Source: Clostridia bacterium
GTDB taxonomy: Bacteria; Bacillota; Clostridia; Christensenellales; Aristaeellaceae
Reading direction: 5' to 3'
Length of the DNA stretch: 43,005 nucleotides
Assembly: GCA_045617085.1 (NCBI GenBank)
Contig: JAZLHZ010000066.1
Location: forward strand, 1 to 43,005
The notes under the pieces were generated by a model. That model was given only the letters and a program-made list of their open reading frames with translations, did no database searches and was not told the DNA's origin. A program made the translations under genes and the position numbers. Position 1 is the first letter of the stretch, and every line of letters begins with the position of its first letter. Below, in pieces: positions 1 through 9,036 of this stretch.

Positions 1-1122
1 CTCATCGGTGAAGTGCCACATGCCGCCCTCGGGGCCGTAGCAGCCGGCGATACCGTACAGGCCGGTGCCGGGAACGACTTCCTCGGTGGCGTAGAAGATA
101 TCCAACATCTTGCAGATCTCTTCGATATGTTCACTCTGGGCGTTGATGGCGAAGCCGCCGCAGGCGCCGGTCAGCTGGCCGATGACGACCTGTTCATCGT
201 CATATTCGGAGGTCAGGGGAGCCATGACATTGAGGTCGACATGTCCGCTGGGGAAGTCTGCCTCAACGAGAGAGTGGGCGGTGCCGTCCATGAATACGGT
301 CAGACCTTCCTGAGCCAGGGAGAGCTGGGTGGTGCCGTCAAGGGTCAGATACTCCTCGTGGAGCAGACCTTCGGCGTACAGGCGATGCATGTATTCCAGA
401 TACAGCTTGTACTGATCGGAGATACGGTTGTAGACCACCTTGCCGGTACCGTCATCCTCGAAATCGGGAGCACGGCCGGGGCCGAAGGCGGAGAACATCC
501 AAGGCTCAAAGTAGTTGGCGGCATACAGGCCGACGACCAGAGGAGCGGCGCCGTCATTGGCTTCCTTCAGAGCCTTCAGGGTCTCATAGAACTCCTCGGT
601 GGTAGTGGGAACGGCAAGGCCGTTGGCTTCCAGAATGTCCTCGCGGTAGTACACACGAGCCTGTGTGCAGGTGGCGGAGACTTCGATGCTGGGCAGCTGG
701 TACATGGCACCGTTGACCTCGGTGACGGCCTTTCTGGCATCGGGATAGTCCTCGAAGGTCTGAACCAGATTGGGCATCAGGTCAAGGTAATCGGTATAAT
801 CCACGAACATGTTGCCGAGGATGCCGTAGTCGTTGATGTAGGTGCCGTCCAGTCTCTCATGGAACAGATCCGGCCACTCGCCGGCAGCCATGAAGACGGG
901 GAGGGATTCGGATTCCACGTTGATCCAGTTGACGTGGATGCCGGTGACCTCTTCAAGGGTGGTCCAGGTCAGGCGGGGAGTCTCAACATCACGTCCGGTG
1001 ATTGCGAGCACGCCGTTGATGGTGAGGGGCTCGGAGACGATGGGGTACTCCGCAGCCGAGGCGACGGTGAACATGCCGAGAACCAGCATGAGCGCCAGAA
1101 GCAGGGAAACGAGCTTACGCAT
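1..1122 (-). CDS. ABC transporter extracellular solute-binding protein (sugar/oligosaccharide type); first 374 codons, 3' end lies beyond the window start
   Basis: Absent from the ORF track because it is open at the window edge. Minus-strand ATG at 1122 has AAGGAGG (1131-1137) upstream. It translates MRKLVSLLLALMLVLGMFTVASAAEYPIVSEPLTINGV.. (signal peptide). I translated about 115 codons from the start plus the last 20 (..LYGIAGCYGPEGGMWHFTDE) with no stop. It lies directly downstream of two sugar ABC permease genes. ORF 13..1584(+) is its antisense shadow. Confidence 0.7.
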   Translation of the reverse strand, partial: MRKLVSLLLALMLVLGMFTVASAAEYPIVSEPLTINGVLAITGRDVETPRLTWTTLEEVTGIHVNWINVESESLPVFMAAGEWPDLFHERLDGTYINDYGILGNMFVDYTDYLDLMPNLVQTFEDYPDARKAVTEVNGAMYQLPSIEVSATCTQARVYYREDILEANGLAVPTTTEEFYETLKALKEANDGAAPLVVGLYAANYFEPWMFSAFGPGRAPDFEDDGTGKVVYNRISDQYKLYLEYMHRLYAEGLLHEEYLTLDGTTQLSLAQEGLTVFMDGTAHSLVEADFPSGHVDLNVMAPLTSEYDDEQVVIGQLTGACGGFAINAQSEHIEEICKMLDIFYATEEVVPGTGLYGIAGCYGPEGGMWHFTDE

Positions 1123-1179
1123 GGGGTTGTCCTCCTTATAATATCTGATAAGGCAGTATGCCTTTATCGACGGTGTTTG

Positions 1180-2073
1180 TCAGCCCTTGACGGAGCCGAT
1201 CATGATGCCCTGTGCGAAATACTTTTGCAGGAAGGGATACAGCACCATGACAGGCAGCGACGAGACGACGATGACGGCGTACTTGATGAGCTCCTTCAGC
1301 TTGAACTGCTCGGCAGCATATTCGTCGCCGCCGCCGGACATCATGTCGGAGCTGGCCTGTTCCAGTACCAGAATGCGGCGCAGCATCAGCTGCAGGGGCT
1401 TGTACTCGTTGGTGTTGATGTAGATCATGGCGTTGAAGTAAGAGTTCCAATGTCCGACGGCAAAATACAGCACCATGACGCCCAGCAGGGCCTGAGACAG
1501 GGGCATAACGATCTGAAGGAATGTCCGCAGCGGCGAGCTTCCGTCTATGGCGGCGGCTTCCTCCAGCTCTATGGGCAGCGATGAAAAGAATGTGCGGCAG
1601 ATAATGCAGTTGTAGGTGCTGAAGGCGCCCAGGATCACCAGCACGACGGGATTATTGTACAGGTTGAGGCTCTTGACCAGCAGGAATGTGGGGATCATGC
1701 CGCCGCTGAAATACATCGTGAACATGAACAGGAACATGAACAGGTTTCTGCCGGGCATCTCGCTCTTGGAGAGGGAGTAGCCAGCCGGGATGGTCACAAT
1801 GATATTGATGAGTGTGCCGACAATGGTATAGATGAGGGTATTGCGGTAGCCGATGAGAATGTCCTGCTCCTGAAAGACCCGCTTATAGCCCATCAGCGTA
1901 AAGCCCCGGGGCAGCAGTATGACGTTTCCGGCGCCGATCTCGGTGGGGGAACTGACAGAGCAGGAGATGATATAGATCAGCGGGTACAGCACGATCAGCA
2001 TCAGCAGCGTCACGATGCAGAAGTTGACAATGCCGAAAATGCGGTCACCCCGGGATTCCTTAATGCGTGACAT
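1180..2073 (-). CDS. carbohydrate ABC transporter permease (MalG/LplC-like)
   Basis: 297 aa and multi-TM. EAA loop ELEEAAAIDGSSPLRTFLQIVMPLS. GGAGGTGG lies upstream of the ATG at 2073. Confidence 0.9.
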   Translation of the reverse strand: MSRIKESRGDRIFGIVNFCIVTLLMLIVLYPLIYIISCSVSSPTEIGAGNVILLPRGFTLMGYKRVFQEQDILIGYRNTLIYTIVGTLINIIVTIPAGYSLSKSEMPGRNLFMFLFMFTMYFSGGMIPTFLLVKSLNLYNNPVVLVILGAFSTYNCIICRTFFSSLPIELEEAAAIDGSSPLRTFLQIVMPLSQALLGVMVLYFAVGHWNSYFNAMIYINTNEYKPLQLMLRRILVLEQASSDMMSGGGDEYAAEQFKLKELIKYAVIVVSSLPVMVLYPFLQKYFAQGIMIGSVKG

Positions 2074-2088
2074 CTTTTTCCACCTCCG

Positions 2089-3024
2089 TCAGAACAGGCT
2101 GGTCTCGGATACACGGCGGGACACCGTGTTGGCGAGCAGCAGCAGAATGATATTAATGACATTATTGAAGAGTCCGACGGCCGTGGAAAAGCTGTAATTG
2201 GTGTTCTGAATGCCGCGTTTGTAGACGTAGGTCGATATGACTTCGGATACACCTACATTGAGGTCATTTTGCAGCAGATAGATCTTCTCATAGCCGACGG
2301 AAGCGAGGGAGCCTATCGACATGATGAAAAGGATGGTAATGGTGGGCATAATGGTCGGGATATTGATGTGAATGATCCGTTGGATGCGGCTGGCGCCGTC
2401 AATGCGTGCAGCTTCGTGCAGCTCGGGATCGACAGCGGAAAGAGCGGAGATGTAGATGACGGCGCTCCAGCCCATGCCCTGCCATACGCCGGACCAAACG
2501 TAGATATGCCGGAACGTACCGGGCAGTGCCATGTAATAGACCCGTTCCAAGCCCAATTTCGTGCGCAGGGTATTGACTACGCCGATGGAGGGCGAGAAAA
2601 TGGAGATGATCATGCCTACCATGACCACAGTGGAGATAAAGTGAGGGGCATACAGGATAGTCTGCACGGCCTTTTTATATCTGGGGAAGCGGATCTCGTT
2701 GAGCATCAGTGCAAGTATAATGGGGATGGGGAAGCCGACTATCAGCGAATAGATCGAAATGGCAAAGGTATTCACCATCAGGTTTGAGAAGCTGTAGCTC
2801 TTGAAAAAGCTCTGAAAATGCTTCAGCCCGACCCAGCGGCTGCCCATGATGCCCAGAGCACCTTTATAGTCCTTGAAGGCGATCTGTATGCCATAGAGAG
2901 GGCCGTAATTAAATATAAGTACATAGATCACTGCCGGCAGCAGTAAAAGGTAATAGGTGCGGCATTTGATGATGCGCTTGATGAGCGGCGTTTTGCGGGG
3001 GCGGATGACAGCTGACCGATTCAC
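2089..3024 (-). CDS. carbohydrate ABC transporter permease (MalF/LplB-like)
   Basis: 311 aa. GTG start at 3024 with AAGGAGGA (3032-3039) 6-7 nt upstream. EAA loop HEAARIDGASRIQRIIHINIPTI. Multi-TM. Confidence 0.9.
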   Translation of the reverse strand: MNRSAVIRPRKTPLIKRIIKCRTYYLLLLPAVIYVLIFNYGPLYGIQIAFKDYKGALGIMGSRWVGLKHFQSFFKSYSFSNLMVNTFAISIYSLIVGFPIPIILALMLNEIRFPRYKKAVQTILYAPHFISTVVMVGMIISIFSPSIGVVNTLRTKLGLERVYYMALPGTFRHIYVWSGVWQGMGWSAVIYISALSAVDPELHEAARIDGASRIQRIIHINIPTIMPTITILFIMSIGSLASVGYEKIYLLQNDLNVGVSEVISTYVYKRGIQNTNYSFSTAVGLFNNVINIILLLLANTVSRRVSETSLF

Positions 3025-3064
3025 AATGCTTCCTCCTTATCATAATGGATGTATTACACGAAAA

Positions 3065-3093
3065 AGTATATATAAAACAGTGGGTTTCGTCAA
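3065..3093 (-). promoter_or_regulatory. putative sigma-A promoter of the ABC transporter operon
   Basis: Minus strand reads TTGACG (3093-3088), 17 nt, TATACT (3070-3065), about 40 nt upstream of the GTG at 3024. Confidence 0.45.
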
Positions 3094-3134
3094 GAATAAT
3101 GATTTGCATTGGGTAGAAAAAGGTGCAAAAAAAG

Positions 3135-3160
3135 TGTAATCGTCAAAAATATGTAATCGT
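3135..3160 (+). promoter_or_regulatory. direct repeat TGTAATCGT x2 (17-bp period), candidate regulator binding site
   Basis: Exact 9-mers at 3135-3143 and 3152-3160, ending 4 nt upstream of the -35 of the regulator/GH78 promoter. An inverted partial copy (GTGTAAT on the minus strand, plus 3051-3057) lies near the transporter promoter. Confidence 0.35.
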
Positions 3161-3164
3161 GGTG

Positions 3165-3193
3165 TTGATTTTTGAAAAATGATTTGCTATAAT
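3165..3193 (+). promoter_or_regulatory. putative sigma-A promoter of the AraC-GH78-beta-helix operon
   Basis: TTGATT (3165-3170), 17 nt, TATAAT (3188-3193), with an extended -10 TGc at 3185-3187. Confidence 0.55.
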
Positions 3194-3228
3194 AGACGAG
3201 TAGAACTCTGTTACAAAAGGAGCCTCCT

Positions 3229-5040
3229 ATGAAAATCATACGTCCGCCCAAATATCTGACCCGTCTGATCTGTACCTGTTTGCTGCTTTCACTGCTGCCG
3301 TGTGTCCTGCTGCTGGGCATGACGGTAGTCAATTCGTATGGTAGTATGCAGACGATGAATGAGGAATACTATTGGGAAATTACGGATTCCTTTATGCGGT
3401 ATGCGGATGACGAACTGGCGGCTATGCGAGGTATGGCGACCCGGCTTAGTGTGGATTCCAAGCAGAACATCGGCACCAATGCGGCGTTGAACTTCGAGAT
3501 CGGTTCTTCGAACTACTATTACTGGATGGCGGCAAAAGAACTGCCGGAGTATGCCCGTACATACGGCTACAATGCGGCCCTCTATCTGGAGGAGTCCGGT
3601 GAACTTTTGTACAGCACCCGCAAATATAATTCCTTTGCATCCTTTTATGCAGATATGAACAAAGGAAACAAAACGGTGCCGCCGGAGGTCGAGACGTTCT
3701 TTGATATGGATATGGCGGGAATAAGGTTTGCCTCGATCGATAACAAGCTGCTGGTGGGTGTGCCTTCCTATGTGGGTTCTGTCAAGAACAGCGTGTTGGT
3801 GGTATTTATATTGGAAGGCTCCTGGGCGGATGCAGGGAATTTTGCCGGTGCCGGTGCAGCCTGTTCCCAGTTCCGCATCTATAATGACGATGGCGGACTG
3901 ATGTTGACCAGCGGAGAAGAATTGAGTATTGAAGAGGCGGATTTTTCAATTCCTGAAAGAGACGGAGAGGTGAAACGCCTTTCTTCCGGTAAGAATTGGT
4001 ACACTGTTTACATGCGCAGCAGTCCATCACAGAAACTGAAGTTTGTCACGATCGTGCCCTTTGACAATCTGGAGATCAGCATGTATCGCTTCTATACCAC
4101 GATGAAGCTGACATTCGCTCTGGAGATTCTGCTGGTACTGCTGTTGGGCGTGTGTATGGTGTATATTAATTACCTGCCTGTGCGCAGATTTTCGAGGGAA
4201 GTGCCCGGGAGCGGAGATGGTGACGAGTTCGGCGGTGCAGCCGAGTACATTAAAGACCTGCACTCCGATCTGTCCGAGCAGAAGATTCTTTTGATGGATT
4301 ATCTGATGAACAATCTGATCGGCGGAGCGTCGGTACCGGAGGAGATCCTGACAAGAGCGCATATCGAGAAGACCAACAACTGCTGTGTTATGGTGTTGTT
4401 TGACCGCAGCGTGAATACTGTGGATCGGACAGCGTTGTCGAAGCTGCTGTGGGAAGATTTCGGAGTGACGGCATTCGTTACCGATATTCTGGGCAGCAAC
4501 CGCATGGTCATTCTGTGCCTGATCAAGGATAATGATATTTCATCTGCAGAACATGCAGTCAGGGAATGGATGACCACACATGTGGCATATCCCATCGAGC
4601 TGAAGGTGGGACCCGTGGTGGGCATGGATGCCATTCACGATTCATATACGGCATGCCTGCCGGTGGAAGCAAATGATGAGGGCAGTGATGTCCGAATACT
4701 GAAGCTGAAAAACGAGGTGCTGGCATATATCGACGATGTGTATACCGATGCCGGTCTCAGCCAAGTAAGCATTGCCGACAGGTTCGGCATATCGACCTAC
4801 TCACTCAGTCGCCTGTTCAAAAATCATGTGGGCATCGGATTCTCGGAATATGTGTCCGGCAAGCGGCTGGATATGGCAAAAACATTGCTTCTGACCACCG
4901 ATCTGAATGTCGGCGAAATTGCCGGACAGGTTGGAATTCCCAATGCAAACTATTTTTCAAGACTGTTCAAGACCAACACGGGAGTATCCCCGATGCAATA
5001 CCGACACAGCGAAAAGAATGAGGAGGATGGAATCAAATGA
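3229..5040 (+). CDS. membrane-anchored AraC/XylS-family transcriptional regulator with an extracytoplasmic sensor region
   Basis: 603 aa. Hydrophobic segments near residues 12-33 and about 290-315 bracket a roughly 260-aa loop. C-terminal double HTH: LSQVSIADRFGISTYSLSRLFKNHVG..VGEIAGQVGIPNANYFSRLFKTNTGVSPMQYR. AGGAGC RBS. Confidence 0.85.
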   Translation: MKIIRPPKYLTRLICTCLLLSLLPCVLLLGMTVVNSYGSMQTMNEEYYWEITDSFMRYADDELAAMRGMATRLSVDSKQNIGTNAALNFEIGSSNYYYWMAAKELPEYARTYGYNAALYLEESGELLYSTRKYNSFASFYADMNKGNKTVPPEVETFFDMDMAGIRFASIDNKLLVGVPSYVGSVKNSVLVVFILEGSWADAGNFAGAGAACSQFRIYNDDGGLMLTSGEELSIEEADFSIPERDGEVKRLSSGKNWYTVYMRSSPSQKLKFVTIVPFDNLEISMYRFYTTMKLTFALEILLVLLLGVCMVYINYLPVRRFSREVPGSGDGDEFGGAAEYIKDLHSDLSEQKILLMDYLMNNLIGGASVPEEILTRAHIEKTNNCCVMVLFDRSVNTVDRTALSKLLWEDFGVTAFVTDILGSNRMVILCLIKDNDISSAEHAVREWMTTHVAYPIELKVGPVVGMDAIHDSYTACLPVEANDEGSDVRILKLKNEVLAYIDDVYTDAGLSQVSIADRFGISTYSLSRLFKNHVGIGFSEYVSGKRLDMAKTLLLTTDLNVGEIAGQVGIPNANYFSRLFKTNTGVSPMQYRHSEKNEEDGIK

Positions 5041-7142
5041 ATCTGAAACAGGCAAAATGGATCGGCTGCCGGGACTATACGGGCTCGCCGATGTTTGAAA
5101 AGAAGCTTATTATCGAAAAGATGCCGGACTCGGCGGTCATGGAAATCAGCGGTCTGGGCTTCTATGTGCTTTCCGTCAACGGGAAAAGGGTGGGGGATGC
5201 GTTGCTTCAGCCGGCATTTTCCACTTATGACAAGACGGTGTACTACAATGTACTCGACCTGAAGGACTACCTGAGCGAGGGTGAAAACGTCTTCCGGGTG
5301 GAATTGGGCAACGGCTGGTACAACGAGGAGCAGGCCAATGCCTGGCGTTTTGAGCAGGCGACATGGCGGGACAAGCCCAAGTTCATCTGCGAACTGAAGC
5401 TGGACGGTGAGACGGCGCTGGTGTCGGATCGGAGCTGGAAGTGCGGCAGCAGTCAGCGGTCATTCAACTCGCTGCGCTGCGGCGAGACGATCGACCACCG
5501 GATCGTACCGGTGCTCGACCGGGACGCCTCCGTGGTATTGCCGCCGATGGGCGATTTGAAGGAGCAGACGATACCGCCGATCCGGGTGCGGCGCAGGATC
5601 GAGCCGAAAGAAGTGCTGTGGCATCATGAGGGTGTGCGGACCTATGACTTCGGTGTCAACCTGTCCGGCGACGTGGAGATCCGTGCGAGGGGCAGCCGGG
5701 GCGCAAAGATCACCGTTATCATGTGCGAGCAGATCATGGATGACGGCGGTGCGGTCATGGAGCGCATTGGCGAGCATGTATATTCCAAGCGCTTTCAGGA
5801 GGACGAATTCATCCTCTCCGGCGAGGGCGAGGAGGTCTTCAGCGGCGAGTTCAGCTATAAGGGCTTCCGGTATGCGAGGGTGTGGTACTCCGGCGAGGTT
5901 GAAATTCTGGACGTCTGTGCCCGTCAGTTCCATACCGATCTGCCTGCGGCGGGCGGCATCACCACCGACTATGCGCCCGTACAGCAGCTGCATGATGCGT
6001 GTGTGCAGTCGACACTGACCAACTTCCACCATATGCCTACGGACTGTCCTCACCGGGAGAAGAACGGCTGGACCGGCGATGCGCAGCTTTCCTGCGAGCA
6101 GATGCTGTTCAATCTGGATATGTTTCCGGCGTATGACAAGTGGCTGGACGACATTGCGGACTGCCAGAAGCCCTGCGGCATGATCCCCGCCATTGCGCCC
6201 ACGAGCCTGTGGGGATACAAGGAGTGCAGCGGGATCAGCTGGGATCTGGCGCTGTTCGAGCTTCCGTGGCAGATGTACCGGTATTCCGGTGAGGTCAGGT
6301 GGCTGGAAAAATGGTACGGCAACATGCGCCGCTATATCGATTATATGGAGGCAACGGCGGTAGACCACGTCAGCGTGATCGGCTTGGACGATTGGGTCCC
6401 GGATGAGCGGACGCACGCCATTCCGAGGAACGCATTGCTGACAGGCTGCGCCTACCGGGCGGCGACGATCTATCTTGAGGCGGCAAGGCTGCTGGAAAAG
6501 AAGGAAGATATTTCCCGTGCCGAACATCTGAAATCGGATATCAAAGAGGCGTTTGAAAAGAATTTCTGCGGCAGCGATTACGGCAGCTCCACATATCTGG
6601 GCATGGTGCTGATGTACGGCCTGGCGAAGGATCCGCAGGCCGCCGCCGCAAGGCTCAACGAGGTCATTATCGGAGAGAACTACCACATCACCGGCGGTAT
6701 CTTCGGCTCCAAGTACATTTTGAACGCCCTGACGGAGAACGGATACTTTGACACCGCATGGAAGATCGCCGACAATGAAGAGGCACCCGGCTGGCGGTTC
6801 ATGCTGACCCGGACCGGCGGCAGCACGCTGGGCGAGGGCTGGCGGGGCGGCTCGTCGAGAAACCATCACATGTTCTCGGAGATCGGCGCCTGGTTCTACA
6901 AGGCGCTGGCGGGCATCAATATCACAGAGCCCGGTTTCCGGCAGGTGGACATCGTGCCGCACATTCCCGAAACGGTCCGCACCTTCAGCGCATGGCATGA
7001 TACGCCCTGCGGAAGACTGATTGTCGGCTGGGATGAGAATGAGCTCACCGTGACGGTGCCCGAAGGCGTGAAGGCGCATCTCGTGTTTGACGGGATCGAG
7101 AAGGATATTTCTGCACAGACTATAAAGATACGGAGGAAATGA
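5037..7142 (+). CDS. alpha-L-rhamnosidase (GH78 family)
   Basis: 701 aa. Hallmark six-hairpin region MPTDCPHREKNGWTGDAQLS (GH78 consensus DCPxRxExxGWxGD). No signal peptide. ATGA start/stop overlap with the AraC gene. Confidence 0.85.
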   Translation: MNLKQAKWIGCRDYTGSPMFEKKLIIEKMPDSAVMEISGLGFYVLSVNGKRVGDALLQPAFSTYDKTVYYNVLDLKDYLSEGENVFRVELGNGWYNEEQANAWRFEQATWRDKPKFICELKLDGETALVSDRSWKCGSSQRSFNSLRCGETIDHRIVPVLDRDASVVLPPMGDLKEQTIPPIRVRRRIEPKEVLWHHEGVRTYDFGVNLSGDVEIRARGSRGAKITVIMCEQIMDDGGAVMERIGEHVYSKRFQEDEFILSGEGEEVFSGEFSYKGFRYARVWYSGEVEILDVCARQFHTDLPAAGGITTDYAPVQQLHDACVQSTLTNFHHMPTDCPHREKNGWTGDAQLSCEQMLFNLDMFPAYDKWLDDIADCQKPCGMIPAIAPTSLWGYKECSGISWDLALFELPWQMYRYSGEVRWLEKWYGNMRRYIDYMEATAVDHVSVIGLDDWVPDERTHAIPRNALLTGCAYRAATIYLEAARLLEKKEDISRAEHLKSDIKEAFEKNFCGSDYGSSTYLGMVLMYGLAKDPQAAAARLNEVIIGENYHITGGIFGSKYILNALTENGYFDTAWKIADNEEAPGWRFMLTRTGGSTLGEGWRGGSSRNHHMFSEIGAWFYKALAGINITEPGFRQVDIVPHIPETVRTFSAWHDTPCGRLIVGWDENELTVTVPEGVKAHLVFDGIEKDISAQTIKIRRK

Positions 7143-8236
7143 CCATGGCAGAATTCGGAATCAACGTATTCGACTTCGGCGCAAAGGGCGACGGCATCAC
7201 CGATGATACCGCTGCCATTCAGAGCGCCATCAACTATGCCGCCAAGAGAGGCGGCGGAAGGATACTTTTCCCCTATACGCCGGACGGCTACCGCATCGCT
7301 TCGCCGGGCATTGAGGAATATGAGGGCAGACAGGTGCGTGCACAGCTGATCATCCCGCCGGGAAGGCACAACATCTGCCTGATGGGCGAGATGCCCTGCT
7401 GCCTGCTGTACACCTATCAGGTGCGGCCGCTGGACTCCGTCAAGTCCAACTTCACGCCGACCTATATTGACGACATGGGCCGCATCAATACCTTCCTGTT
7501 TTCCGACTGGGAGGCGCCCGAGGAGCATGATCCCAAGGCCCGTCCGTGGTCGATACTTGCCGCTCCCGAGGGAGATTCCTGCAAGGGACACTTCTCCTGC
7601 CGGATGTTCTCCATCGCCAATCTGGAGTTCCGGGCGAAAATGACGAAGGAAAAGATGTATCCCACGCAGGGCGCCGTCAACCTGCAGAACGTGTCCCGCT
7701 GCAATGTATCCGACAGCCAGTTCTGCCTTGGCCTGAACGTGGGCGATACGGTACTGAATCTGGAGCTGCAGCCCAACCCCTGCCACGTAGTGGGCTTCAT
7801 GGGCCCCGGCGATCAGAACGACAACGTGGTGATCCGCAATTGCGCTGCTCAGGGCTTCAAGTACGGCTTCGTGCTGGGCGAGCATGTGGTGGCGGACTAT
7901 CTGTATGTGCATAACAATGAGGAGGCCATCGTGTTCCACGACTGCTCCCACTTGTCGGTCATCAACCATGTGGTGGCGCAGCACAATACCTGCATTCTGT
8001 CCACCACGAGGGGCACGATGCTGGGCCACGAGCCAGGCCCCTGCAACGTCATCGTCGGGTCGGTCAACTTCGAGGACGGCCATCGCCTGAAGCCCGTCGT
8101 GTCTCAGATGAAGTACGGTATCTATGACCCCGAGGAGCGGCTGACCGGCGAGCTGTGCTGGCACGAGCCCTGGGGCGACAAGGAATTCCCCGTCGTCGGT
8201 GCAAGCAAGATGAAGGTAAGAGTGTTCGGCGAGTAA
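7139..8236 (+). CDS. right-handed beta-helix glycoside hydrolase / pectate-lyase-superfamily protein (GH28-related)
   Basis: 365 aa. N-terminus FGINVFDFGAKGDGITDDTAAIQSAINYAAKRGGGRILFP is typical of Pectate_lyase_3 / GH28-related proteins. No signal peptide. ATGA overlap with the GH78 gene. Confidence 0.65.
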   Translation: MTMAEFGINVFDFGAKGDGITDDTAAIQSAINYAAKRGGGRILFPYTPDGYRIASPGIEEYEGRQVRAQLIIPPGRHNICLMGEMPCCLLYTYQVRPLDSVKSNFTPTYIDDMGRINTFLFSDWEAPEEHDPKARPWSILAAPEGDSCKGHFSCRMFSIANLEFRAKMTKEKMYPTQGAVNLQNVSRCNVSDSQFCLGLNVGDTVLNLELQPNPCHVVGFMGPGDQNDNVVIRNCAAQGFKYGFVLGEHVVADYLYVHNNEEAIVFHDCSHLSVINHVVAQHNTCILSTTRGTMLGHEPGPCNVIVGSVNFEDGHRLKPVVSQMKYGIYDPEERLTGELCWHEPWGDKEFPVVGASKMKVRVFGE

Positions 8237-8249
8237 TCATCAACGCAAA

Positions 8250-8283
8250 CAGTCCCGTTCTTTCTGATGAAAGAACGGGACTG
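8250..8283. terminator. bidirectional intrinsic terminator hairpin between convergent genes
   Basis: Perfect 15-bp stem cagtcccgttctttc / gaaagaacgggactg with loop tgat, followed by taatttatat on the plus strand. Confidence 0.7.
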
Positions 8284-8308
8284 TAATTTATATCTGATCG
8301 TGATCTGC

Positions 8309-8923
8309 TCAGATATTGAGCAGGGTGGAGACTCCGGAGCAGATCCTGCTGACGAGTCCTGCAACGTCGGAAGTCATGCCGCCGAATACGCTTTCAACGG
8401 CTGCCAGCGTATATTCCACGTTGCGGTTGCTGCTGCCGCCCCGGAACCTGCCGGTACGGATGAGCTCGTCGATGTAGCTCTGCGCCCTGCTGTTGATCTG
8501 GCCTGTGGTGCCCTTCGGGAGAGCGGATTTGACGATATCGATGGTCAGGGCCACCGAGACCTTGACGATCTTCTGATCGGAGGTGTAGTATCCGCACTGA
8601 CAATCGTGGATGGTGTTGAGGGTATTGCCGAGGGGAACCGTGGCGCCCAGTACCATGCGGACGAAATTCTCCAGCGGGGTGGCCAGCTGACTGTAGACAT
8701 TGGCGGGCTGGTCGGTCAGATCGATGCGGCCGTCCACGATCTCACGGATGGCCTTGTCGAGCTCGTCCTCTTCCGTACCGTTTTCGGAGGAATACTCCGT
8801 CATGTCGATCCGCTTGGAGAGAACGTCATTGATGGAGGGGACATCCTCCTCCGCCAGTGCAGCAGAGGTAAGGCACAGCGCCAGCACCAGGAGCAGGGAA
8901 AGCAGTTTCTTGATATTTTTCAT
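8309..8923 (-). CDS. secreted hypothetical protein (204 aa)
   Basis: Internal ATG at 8923 of track ORF 8309..9373, with AAGAGG upstream. N-terminus MKNIKKLLSLLLVLALCLTSAALA/EE is signal-peptide-like. The upstream part of the track ORF overlaps gnd out of frame and is Arg/His-rich junk. Confidence 0.6.
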   Translation of the reverse strand: MKNIKKLLSLLLVLALCLTSAALAEEDVPSINDVLSKRIDMTEYSSENGTEEDELDKAIREIVDGRIDLTDQPANVYSQLATPLENFVRMVLGATVPLGNTLNTIHDCQCGYYTSDQKIVKVSVALTIDIVKSALPKGTTGQINSRAQSYIDELIRTGRFRGGSSNRNVEYTLAAVESVFGGMTSDVAGLVSRICSGVSTLLNI

Positions 8924-9036
8924 TCGGAAGACCTCTTTTCTGATGTTATTCGGGATACATCTCTTTATACGAGGTTTCCGGGGAAAAGGATATTCAATGA
9001 TCGGGGTTTTGATAACAATTAATTGCTGATTACTGA

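Noticed and set aside
13-1584. 523-aa plus-strand ORF at the left edge
   Set aside because: It has low-complexity Gly/Ala/Val/Asp/Gln composition and no recognisable motifs. It lies exactly antisense to a convincing minus-strand solute-binding protein gene (RBS, signal peptide) and to the end of a permease gene. This is a typical GC3-driven shadow ORF.
9016-9025. 10-bp perfect palindrome CAATTAATTG between gnd and the secreted-protein gene
   Set aside because: It is short and AT-rich, so it is easily produced by chance in an AT-rich spacer. It has no second copy and no associated promoter that I could define.
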